From the NCBI GenBank assembly GCA_032718475.1, contig JAUCBJ010006049.1, forward strand, positions 1 to 57,206: DNA of 57,206 bases. The letters run 5' to 3'. The position numbers and the translations under genes are program-made. The notes beneath the pieces are model-generated. The model was not told the DNA's origin. It saw only the letters and a list, made by a program, of their open reading frames with translations, and ran no database searches. Each line of letters starts with the position of its first letter. The stretch's first letter is position 1. Below, one piece after another: positions 13,030-23,659 of this stretch. Source of the DNA: Nemertoderma westbladi. Its lineage: Eukaryota; Animalia; Xenacoelomorpha.

Positions 13030-14330
13030 GGGTCCTACTAAATACTACAAAAAGCACAAAACAAGCACAAAAAAGCACAAAAAAGTCAAGAAAAGCACAA
13101 AAAAGCACAAAAAAAGCACAAAAAAACACAAAAAAAGTAAAAAAAAGCACAAAAATGTAAAAAAAACCACAAAAAACAGACACCCCCCACATACGAAGGT
13201 AACCCATACGCCTATGATTGATTAATTTGCAACGTTCTGACCTACAGTATGTAAAGGCCACAATACTGCAAAGTGTATTTGTAATTAAAATCACTATAAA
13301 AAAAACATAATAAAACACATATATACAGTATAGATTAATAGCTTAATAAAACTACAGTAAATTACGATCGTGGGAAAGAACACCCAGGATCTAAGGCACT
13401 CATGGGGGTCGTAAATTAAGGTAAAATAAAATAGAATATTGCAGTATTGATATATAAGATAAGTACGCATGAACTCCTAAACAACATTGCAAACAATCTG
13501 GCAGTTATAATAGAAATTTCAAAGTATACAGTAGTGTTACAACAGCAGTGGTTAAACCCAGGCAGGAACTGTGTTTCCAACAGACGCAGATATCGTAACC
13601 AAGGCAGATTCAAGACAGAAGGCGAGATTCTTGCAAGTATGACTATGACTAATATCATCATACTTGTCCTCAGACGTTATCGATCGCCCACTCGATAGGT
13701 TCGGGCAGACCGTGATATGATAATTGAAGGTGTAATATTATGGGTTTGCTCATCTCCAATTTATTTAATATGATAATTGTACAGTATGTCGATTTATCGG
13801 TGAATAAAGGAATTCCAATAACAGAATAATCGCGATTTCGGTCAACACTGACATCCAGTTTACAAGCGCCTATGCTGCGTCGCTACATCTCCCACATCGC
13901 TACATCGTTACAAGTAATTAACCAGAACGCTGATAAGTTGACAATGTGACAATAACAAAGTCTATTACAGTATTATAAGTTCTATCCTGATATTTGAATT
14001 GAACCATCTTTACATTCTGACATTAGCCTGATATTGCACTAGGGTGCTCATGGTAGGGCTGTACCTGTAATGACAATAATACTACATGTACCTGTAACAG
14101 TCTGACAGTGTAATAACTTAATACCTGTAATACTACACGATATTGCTTCTATCATCTGTTCTATTACAAGCTCAATAAACAGCTATCAGTTTGTTTTTTG
14201 TGCTTTTTTGTGCTTTTTTTTACCTTTTTTGTGCTTTTTTGTGCTTTTTTTGTGTTTTTTTGTGCTTTTCTTGACTTTTTTGTGCTTTTTTGTGCTTGTT
14301 TTGTGCTTTTTGTAGTATTTAGTAGGACCC
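13030..14330. mobile_element. MULE/Mutator-like non-autonomous element with AAAAAGCAC tandem-repeat TIRs
   Basis: Matching termini GGGTCCTACTAAATACTACAAAAAGCAC with ~150-bp TIRs; 9-bp TSD CTGTCTGTC at 13021-13029 and 14331-14339. Confidence 0.88.
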
Positions 14331-14884
14331 CTGTCTGTCCAGGTAGCTGGACGCCAACGTAACCTCCCGCTGGACGCATGAGCCCCCGAACGCGGACGCA
14401 ATGAGGTCCCCGAACACCTCCCTCACCTCGTTGTGCCGCTTTATGATCAGGCCCCCCGACTTGCAATTAAGGGCGTGGGACGTCGAGAACGACTCCCCAC
14501 ACCCCTCGCACTTTGCCGGGAGGCCCGGCGGCGTCCGTCCATACCTCAAGGCGAGGTTGTCCCGGAACACCTCTGGGTCGAGGTCAGTGTGGTCGACCAC
14601 AGAGGGCTGCGCCGTCAGCCATCCCCCAGTCTTATGGGACATCGTACGTTCGTTGATCAGGAAACATTACAATATCTTCATATTCATAACTACTGGCAGA
14701 CTGGTACAGGAACTATACTGCTAAAGGCTGATACTGTGATAGCTAAGACCTTCAGTCTGACAGTACCTACCAGCTACCACCAGACCACTCTCAGATTCTA
14801 CTAGTAGGCTATCCGCTATATTGTCAAACATTCTACTGGCTGACTGGACTGGCAGGCCCATATACCTGACTGCAGTCAGGCAGT

Positions 14885-15430
14885 TGAGATTGAGATTATT
14901 TATTGAGGAGTAATATAGTATTGTAACGAAACAACAACTGGTAAAGATATGCAATACCAACTGACTGACTGAAAGTATTTAACAAGGATTTAACACAAAG
15001 CACCAAATCGAATAAGTTAAAATCACAAATTGAATTTTAAAAAGAATAAGTATGTTTGTTAAAATAAAAGCTTGGTAACACAAATTAATTAAAATCACGA
15101 ATCGAATTTAGGAATGTATGCAGGCTAAGTTAAAAGTTAAAATCACGCTTAAAATACAGAAATCACTTCAAAATCAAACCTAAAATCACTTTAAAATCAC
15201 ATTAAAATTACGCTTAAAATCACTTTAAAATCACGCTTAAAATCACTGAAATTATTTAATTTATAGTACCAAGCCAATTAATTAAAATCACAGATATATT
15301 AGCCTCAAGGAATGCCCCTTGCAGCCTTGTGCCTTGAGGTAAAGACCTAGTCTCTCAGGGGGTCCTCGTTAAAAAGTATATTAAAAATAAAATTGAACTG
15401 CCATTTAAATAGTTATAGGTGATGATCTTA
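14885..15430 (-). mobile_element. 3' end of a non-LTR retrotransposon (copy 2), with internal TTAAAATCAC repeats
   Basis: Homologous to 10316-10895, sharing the GAGATTGAGATTATTTATTG tail and the GGAATGCCCC...GTCTCTCAGGGGGTCCTCGTTAAAAAG block. Confidence 0.6.
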
Positions 15431-16488
15431 AAAATAGTTCTATGTTAGTGGTTAGTGTTAACTCTTCAACTACGATTGGCAATGATTGGTAACTGCTCCA
15501 CGTCACGGCGTCAGGTACTGACTGCTACTGGCACTCCAGCCAGAATAACCGAAAACGATCCACTCTAAGAAGTAATCCTGTGACCAGTAGTACAAGTGCA
15601 ACATCGCAAGTGCAATTATTCCCCAGAAGTTCACCCAGAATACCTGTAGTTCAGAACCAGACACCTACCATTTGTTGAATCGTGATTTAGCACAGTACAA
15701 TCAAAAATTCTTTTAGGAGACATAATGAATAATTATACCGGGTATCACTATTGAATTTAACAGTTTAATATATTATAATTACCGGTATATTAATAATCAT
15801 TGGCCTACCACAATAGACATAAGAAATACCCACCAGTAATGTAAACAGCCTAACATTAATTAATCTGGAAATGGTAAATTATAGTTGCATTGATAGAAAT
15901 TCATTATTTCCCAATCGGGCAATTGCAATTTTCCCGATCGGGCAACAATAATTGTTCCCGATTGGGCTAGTGGACCAGACTGCTTTCGGCCATTTCTTTA
16001 CCGGACAATGTTTGGTCTAGCTGGCAAGGCAACCTAGGTTACCGTTACGCACTGATCAGCTGATGAAGAGACTGGTATTAATTTCCCATTCAGCCATTAC
16101 CTGATTACATGTACCGGTAATCTATAATTCATCAGACAGTCAGATGTAAGCAGTTTCTGTCTGGTACTGCGTACTGGTACCAACAAGATCGCCTCTGTCA
16201 GTCTCAGGCGGTCCTACTAATTACCCAACTTTACCCAAATCTACCCAACTTTACCCAAACTTACCCAACTTTACCCCACTTTACCCAACTTTACCCAACT
16301 TTACCCCACTTTACCCAATCTGCCAATACCACCCAACTTTACCCAATCGAATACCCAACTACCTATCTGCCGACCAGTGATGCAATACAGTACAGCAGAA
16401 GGCTTACTTACTTACTACAGTACCGGACCAGTAGGCCTACTGTCTGACAGTAGCATTCCAGCAGTCTGTCAGACTGTACAGCTGTAAT

Positions 16489-17608
16489 CAGGGATGGCAA
16501 AAACCATGGTTTTTTGAAAAAAAATTTTTGGTTTTGGTTTTATTGTTTGGTTTTTTATGGTTTTTTTCGGTTTTTTATGGTTTTTTATGGTTTTTCTGTG
16601 GTTTAATTAAATCCAATACAGCAATACATACAAATGTAGGGCCTACATACAACAGTCTGACAGTACAACCCTTGCGCTTGCCCAATAGAACAAAATACTG
16701 GAATAACTGATAAGGCCACATACAGTATGCTGGTTTGAAGCGTTTCTTCTGCTGTTCTGTTCTGTCCTTCCTTACTCTCATCCAACCCATCAGCCCATGC
16801 AGCCATGTCAGCATGTGACAAAATACTAACAACATACAACGTAAAAATACATACCAACGTCCAGACGTCTGCACTGCTCCACTGCACGCCAGGCTGCAAA
16901 CCACCACTGAACCGCGAACAACGCCTGCGCACAATTCAGCAATTTTTCAGCCGCGCAATATTGGACAATATAGGCTACCGCGCATGCACCGAAAAAAAAC
17001 GCGCACACCACATTTTAACAATGTAAACGAGAAACATACACCAGCGAAGCGAGCAAAACCTTTTCATTAACATTGCAAAATGAACAGATGAAAAAGAAAC
17101 GCGAGCAAAACTCAAAGTGAGAGAAATTTTTTCATTCTACATATGCAGATATGTAACAGTGCAAAATGAAAAAGAAACGAAGCAAAACTCAAAGTAACAG
17201 CTGAACAGTGCAAAATGATAAGATAAAGAAACGCGAGCAAAACTCAAAGTGAGCGAAATTTTTTCCTTCTAACAGTGCAAAATGAAAAAGAAACGAGAGC
17301 AAAACTCAAAGTGATTGAAATTTTTTCATTCTACATATGTAACAGTCAGACCGTCAGACAGTGCAAAATGAAAAAGAAACGCAAGCAAAACTCAAAGTGT
17401 TCGGAATTTTTTCATTCTAACAGTGCAAAATGAAAAAGAAACGCGACTACCAGTCTGCTTTATATTATTTCCAGCGTTAATTGTAAAATTTTATGAAAAA
17501 CCATAAAAAACCATAAAAAACCAATTTTTTCGCCTTTTTTTAAAAGTTGGTTAAACCAAAAAACCATAAAAAACCAATGGTGAGAAAAACCATTGGTTGC
17601 CAACCCTG
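16489..17608. mobile_element. hAT-like MITE family A, copy 1
   Basis: TIR CAGGG(A/T)TGGCAA; 8-bp TSD GCTGTAAT; internal ~60-bp repeats (GCGAGCAAAACTCAAAGTG); homologous to 22715-23659. Confidence 0.88.
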
Positions 17609-17815
17609 GCTGTAATACAGTAGGTCATAGTAGGAATGGTTTGTATCAGTGTAGGCCTATGCAGCTATGGCTTCATGTTTATAGCTGTATAGTCAGATAG
17701 TCATACTCCAGTCAGCCAGTACTTATAATATAATCATAACATAACACATCCAGACATCAATAAAATGATCAATATGGCTGTATGAGGGTGCATTTTGGGG
17801 TAGTGATGTTCTATA

Positions 17816-19531
17816 GGGTAAGGTACCCCAATTCCGGACATTGCAAATTCCGGACAACCTACTCAAATTCCGGACAAACCACTTATTCAACACAAATTTG
17901 TACCACGAAAATTAAGAATTCTGCGGTTTTTCTGTAACGTGTCTGTCTGTCTGTACTCTGTACTGCATTGCATTACTTTTATTACTGAATTGATTAGTAG
18001 ATTAGGCCTAAATGTGTAAAGGGCCCTCAGAATAGGCGATAGTCAGTTACATAAGTCCTGACTTTTGCTATACAGCTATTGCTATACTATCGTAATACTG
18101 TAATATAATACAGTAATTTGAATTTGCTCTAATCTGCTAATTATTTTATACTATAATTGCTCTAATTTTCTCGATTTATAATATCTGATTAACCCTACAC
18201 AATAGTCAATAGGCCTACCTATTTAAATTCGATCAATATCATAACTACGAAACTTACAAATGCTGAAATGGCTATTTTTAGTTAGTGATATAAATCCTTT
18301 TAATCATTATTACAGTATGTACCTGTGTTATCTTGTATCTGTGGTATCTGAGATTTATATAATATATTGAATTATTATCAACTCATCATCATTTTACAGT
18401 GATTGATAGAAACTCATAGGACTGCATAGAAATGGCTAGACAGAAAAACGAACAGACAGACAAACGAACAGACAGACAAATGACAGGTTGGTTTACAAAT
18501 TATTGACATTCTGACATTAACAAATTGTGTTTGCTTAGAAATTCAACTGCATAGAAATTTAATAGAAATGATAAATATAATTTAATAGAAAATAGAAATT
18601 ATACAGCATAGAAATGGCTAGACAGAAAAACGAACAGACAGACAAACGAACAGACAGACAAATGACAGGTTGGTTTACAAATTATTGACATTCTGACATT
18701 AACAAATTGTGTTTGCTTAGAATTTCAACTGCATAGAAATTTAATAGAAATGATAAATATAATTTAATAGAAAATAGAAATTATACAGCATAGAAATGGC
18801 TAGACAGAAAAACGAACAGACAAACGAACAGACAGACAAATGACAGGTTGGTTTACAAATTATTGACATTCTGACATTAACAAATTGTGTTTGCTTAGAA
18901 TTTCAACTGCATAGAAATTTAATAGAAATGATAAATATAATTTAATAGAAAATAGAAATTATACAGCATAGAAATGGCTAGACAGAAAAACGAACAGACA
19001 GACAAACGAACAGACAGACAAATGACAGGTTGGTTTACAAATTATTGACATTAACGAATTGTGCTTGCTTAGAAATTCAAAACAAAAAAAAGTTGTGCAA
19101 ATCGGAAAATTGTATGAATTCTGACTTTCATGAACTAGTGTTTTTAAGTGGTGGAAAGACAGACAAACAAACAGGTAGACAAGTGAACAGACCCCCCACC
19201 CCCTGGCAGCATGGTGATACATGTATTCGGGTTTTAGGCACCTTTCTATAATGTAAACTATAGATTTGTATAGCAAACAGACATAGGCAGAGACAAATTT
19301 ATACTCTGTCCGGAAATTGGGCACCTGCCCAAATACCGGACAACCCAATCTTGTAAAAAAAAGTGCCCATTTGCGCCCATTAGATGGCGCTGGGCACTCA
19401 ATGTTAAGATTTTATTTTGATGTAGGATAATGTCCTGTACTGTTAGAATCATCTTTTGATTGGAATAAACTATGGTTGAGCTACAATAAAGGAAAAATCG
19501 AAATTCTGTCCGGAATTGGGGTACCCTACCC
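17816..19531. mobile_element. TA-flanked TIR element (Tc1/mariner/pogo-like non-autonomous)
   Basis: TIR GGGTA(A/G)GGTACCCCAATTCCGGACA at both ends; TA on both flanks; subterminal TCCGGACA repeats. Confidence 0.8.
18424..19080. repeat. ~180-bp tandem repeat, ~3.6 near-identical copies with GACA microsatellite
   Basis: GCATAGAAATGGCTAGACAGAAAAACGAACAGACAGAC recurs at about 18424, 18607, 18788 and 18966. Confidence 0.92.
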
Positions 19532-20875
19532 TAGAATACACTTTAGTTTATTGTTTTGGTTAGAATAACGCAGGGCTGGCAAAGTAGGTTTTTGTAAACC
19601 TAGGTTTTTGTAGGTTTTTGTCAAAAACCTAAAATTTGAAAAAAGCCTAAAACTAGGTTTTTAGGTTTTTGATTTTTCATCTTTAATTTGCCTTTTAATT
19701 TCATTTGTACTGTGCAGTACTGTACACTCAAAACAACTGAACAAGTCAACTTGCATTGTCAGCTGATGAGTTCCAGTCCAGTCCAGTTGTCTTGTCACTA
19801 CTGACAGACTGACAAGCTGACTGATGCAAGTTAGCTGATGCAAGTTAGCAGTCAGATGGTCCGGTACCGGCTGACCGGTGACTCAACTACCTGACTACAG
19901 ACCTACATCCTGACGTATGTAGTATGTATGTTGCTGCTGATAACTGCTGAACTGTATACGTACAGTGCAGCAGTGGTCCAGGCTCCAGGCAGCCAGGTGG
20001 CTGGCAGGCTCGGTCAGCGTCAGTGGGTGGTCTCTGCAGCTCTGGCTCTGGTCAGCTGGCAGCTGGTGGTCACAGGCAGTTGGCAGTCAGGTGGTTATCG
20101 GGTTATGGTTTTTGTTATGCTTTTATGGCAGTATGGGACTGTGGGATGGTTTGGCATTCTGCATTCGCTGAATCGCGTGCCTGCCAGTCAGGGAGATCAT
20201 CAAATTTGAGAATACCTCAAATTTCAAATTATAGACCCAATTTTGGAATTACCTCAAATTTAATACAAGGTTAGGTTAATTCTCTAAATTGGAGTTTTAC
20301 CCCAAATTTGAATTTCATAGCAGCATAGTCAGATACAGACAGAAGTCATAGTTGGCCTTGTTCAGTAGTTGTTAGCTTGTTACTGTATTGCAAAGGTAAA
20401 AAAATAAACTGATGTAGGCCTAGTGTCTGAGTGTTGTGAAATATAATATTTAAAACATATACAATACAGTCAGACAGTATTAGTTTAAAAAGGCTTATAC
20501 TTAAAAAGGCTACTGGCAGGGCGGTAGGGGTGCAGTGGGGTGGTATGATCAGATGGTAGACATATAAAACGAAGTACAGAGCTTAAAGAACTTATATTTT
20601 TATATTGTTACTTTTTTGCTTGAATATGCCATAAAATCGGGAGAAAAAGTAGTAGGCCTACTTTTTTTTCCTACTGGTAGGGAAAAAGTTGTCCCCATAA
20701 TATCTGAATATTGTAACTTTTTGTTGGGCACAGCTTTTGCAAAGTCGGCAACACAGCAACCTGCAATAATATTGACTAATATTGCCACATAATAATGTAC
20801 CATAGAGCCATAATTTTGCATTGATTTTACTTTTTCTCCCGGTAAAAAAAGTAAAATAAAATATTGGCATTTGTG

Positions 20876-21107
20876 TCAAATAGGGGACCCTCCTAGCTCC
20901 TAATCTGCTAATCCTGAAATCACCTAAACTAAAGTCACTTTCACTAGTGCCCGGTTACAGGGTTAGCAAAGGAGCAGGTTACAGAAGTGAGTTGAAAGTA
21001 ACCAAAAAACAATAAACAAGAGTTAGGAATATTGATATCACCTGCACTAAATTTCAGGATTAGCTGGTGATTTCAGGATTAGCAGATTAGGAGGGTCACC
21101 TATTTGA
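20876..21107. mobile_element. Small MITE with ~50-bp TIRs
   Basis: TCAAATAGG(G/T)GACCCTCCTA...ATCTGCTAATCCTGAAATCACC is inverted at both ends; contains one satellite monomer; TSD unclear. Confidence 0.65.
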
Positions 21108-21352
21108 TTTGACAAAGTGCCAAAATATTTTTGGAGGAATTTCTAAAATTTCATTGAATGTGTTGATCAAATTTTTGATCGAAAGTTGAGCAAAATCCAT
21201 CCCTACACACTATTGCAATGCAAATTTAATGCCTGCAAGAGTGCAAGGTGTACTCCAGCCAGAGATGAGATAAAGCCTCGAGAATAGGTTAGTGAAAAAG
21301 GTTATACTTTTTGCCCAAGTTATAAATGATTCTGGTTCCTCATAAGGTCAAT

Positions 21353-21577
21353 TTAAAAGGATGTATGTATGTATAGTATAAACAAACAGTCATTTAGATT
21401 TCTAAAACATTTCAGATGTCTTGATAAGAAAGCAGAGTCTAAAGACTGTTTAAAAGAATAGCGATTAGTGATGATGATGTTTCTACTGTGTTCCAGGTCC
21501 AGCATGTTCCATATGTTAATGGCCCTGATAACTGGATAAGAAGAGGTGATGTATGGAACATGCAGACATGGGAGCAT
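21353..21577 (-). pseudogene. Degraded C-terminus of a CR1-like LINE ORF2
   Basis: RAINIWNML....SFKQSL resembles the R.I..WN.L...FK..L terminal motif of CR1-group LINEs. Confidence 0.4.
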
Positions 21578-22127
21578 GGGCAGATGGGCGGGGCATGGCC
21601 TTTAGAGTCTCCAGTCGTATAGAATAACTAACAAAATAATCAAGTCCACATACAGTCGGTGAGAAGTCAAAAATTGGACTTCAAGTCCAATTTTAGACTT
21701 CAAGTCCAATTTTGGACTCCAAAGTCCAATATTGGACTTTAGTACAACTCCAAGTGTACCCATGCTGCCATACTGTATATCGGTATTTAAATCAAAACTG
21801 CATCCCGTATCAGTACATATATATTACATAATTACAATGCAACATTATTTTAATGATCAAATTAATTATTATATGTATTATAAACAGGGATCGCACACGT
21901 ACAGTCAGACATCAGTAGTTACTTTTTGCGGTAGTGGTATAGCTTTGCGGTAGCCTTACTGCCTTAGCGGTGTATACCGCGGTAGCGTAGTGGAGTTATA
22001 GCTGTATAGTTCATTCATACCCATACTGCCATACCTGTGGTATTTTCGTATGGCAAAAATAAGACTACTGTAAAGTGTAACCTATTATGTTATTGAGTTA
22101 ATGTTTATTGACTAATTGTTTAGATTA

Positions 22128-22552
22128 GGTTCACTGTGTCAAGTACAACACATCTCTGCATCTCCAACCAAACACTATATAACATTGGAGTTGGAGGTGT
22201 CTCATTCAGTCATTGGTGATTGGTTCCCAAAGCTTGACACTAGAACAAAGCCGCCTCCGCTTTGCAGGACATCGCTTTAAGCCGTGAGGACCAGCCAGTG
22301 CACCTCATGGAGTGAATAAGCATGGTGGACAGCCCATAACTTTCTTGAGACGCATATTTCTTACTGTCTTAAAGGACACTGGCCTTAAAGATGCGGATGA
22401 TCTAGCAAATGTCATGGGTGATAAGGCTGTAAGAGTGTAAGGGAGTTGTGGAGGCGCACTTTTGTCAACAAGCCGGCACAGCATTCTTAATACATAATAG
22501 GGCCTATATATATAATGCAGTTGCAATGAATCATGCCGATTGTAGTAGTAGT
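22128..22552 (+). mobile_element. 5'-truncated RTE LINE 3' fragment (same family as 35690-37526)
   Basis: Collinear with about 37163-37526 and ends in a (TAG)n tail; carries many short insertions relative to the other copy. Confidence 0.88.
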
Positions 22553-22714
22553 ATGTGGTGAGGTTATAGGGCTCCTTCAATTGGTAAAGTCAAAAGTGAC
22601 CGTCTATTGTTTTAGTTAGAAAAGCCTGCATCTGTAACCTGTTCCTTTCCCTCAATTGGTTTATGATTATGACGTGTGTTACTTGTTACTTCTGTACTTA
22701 TTATGTGGAGACCC

Positions 22715-23659
22715 CAGGGATGGCAAAAACCATGGTTTTTTGAAAAAAATTTTTTGGTTTTGGTTTTATTGTTTGGTTTTTTATGGTTTTTTTCGGTTTT
22801 TTATGGTTTTTTATGGTTTTTCTGTGGTTTAATTAAATCCAATACAGCAATACATACAAATGTAGGGCCTACATACAACAGTCTGACAGTACAACCCTTG
22901 CGCTTGCCCAATACAATAGAACAAAATACTGGAATAACTGAATAAGGCCACACTGCCACATAGGTACAGTACTGCAGTATGCTGGTTTGAAGCGTTTCTT
23001 CTGCTGTTCTGTTCTGTCCTTACTCTCATCCAACCCATCAGCCCATGTCAGCATGCGACAAAATACTAACAACATACAACGTAAAAATACATATCAACGT
23101 CCAGACGTCTGCACTGCTCCACTGCACGCCAGGCTGCAAACCACAGAAACCACCACTGAACCGCGCACAACGCCTGCCTGCCTGCGCACAATTTTTCAGC
23201 CCCGCAATATTGGACAATATACCTACCGCGCATGCACCGAAAAAAAACGCGCACACCACATTTTAACAATGTAAACGAGAAACATACGCCAGCGAAGCGA
23301 GCAAAACCGCCAAAACCTTTTCATTAACATTGCAAAATGAACAGATGAAAAAGAAACGCGAGCAAAACTCAAAGTGAGAGAAATTTGTCCATTCTAATAG
23401 CTGAACAGTGCAAAATGTAAGATAAAGAAACGCGAGCAAAACTCAAAGTGAGCGAAATTTTTTCCTTCTAACAGTGCAAAATGAAAAAGAAACGCGACTA
23501 CCAGTCTGCTTTATATTATTTACAGCGTTAATTGTAAAATTTTATGAAAAACCATAAAAAACCATAAAAAACCAATTTTTTCGCCTTTTTTTAAAAGTTG
23601 GTTAAACCAAAAAACCATAAAAAACCAATGGTGAGAAAAACCATTGGTTGCCAACCCTG
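22715..23659. mobile_element. hAT-like MITE family A, copy 2
   Basis: Same TIRs and body as 16489-17608; 8-bp TSD GGAGACCC at 22707-22714 and 23660-23667. Confidence 0.88.

Larger units (their letters stand above)
11728..14654 (-). mobile_element. 5'-truncated CRE-clade (restriction-like endonuclease) non-LTR retrotransposon, split by two DNA transposons
   Basis: 14642-14331 encodes GWL...LRYG...CEGC..H..NC..GG...RHNEVR (Zn finger plus RHN); 13020-12568 encodes RADL..GVW...FDI...FTPLV...DG...RLQFALLR...WRALG..DGAGL; removing both inserts restores one frame (YLDRQ/GREVGGVRADL and GSD/LPDRY*); candidate TSD GATCAGGAA. Confidence 0.85.
11413..15982. mobile_element. Non-autonomous DNA transposon with CAGTC termini and 5-bp TSD (element C1), hosting nested insertions
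   Basis: TIR CAGTCT(A/G)GTCCACTAGCCCAATCGGGAA at both ends; subterminal CCCGATCGGG repeats; TSD CTTTC at 11408-11412 and 15983-15987. Confidence 0.85.

Noticed and set aside
12941-14466. Lys-rich histone-H1-like ORFs (KKHKKSTKK)
   Set aside because: Translations of the AAAAAGCAC TIR repeats
16220-16360. Telomeric repeat (TTACCC-like), also at 26140-26325
   Set aside because: The unit is 10 bp and forms inverted arrays inside TSD-bounded TIRs
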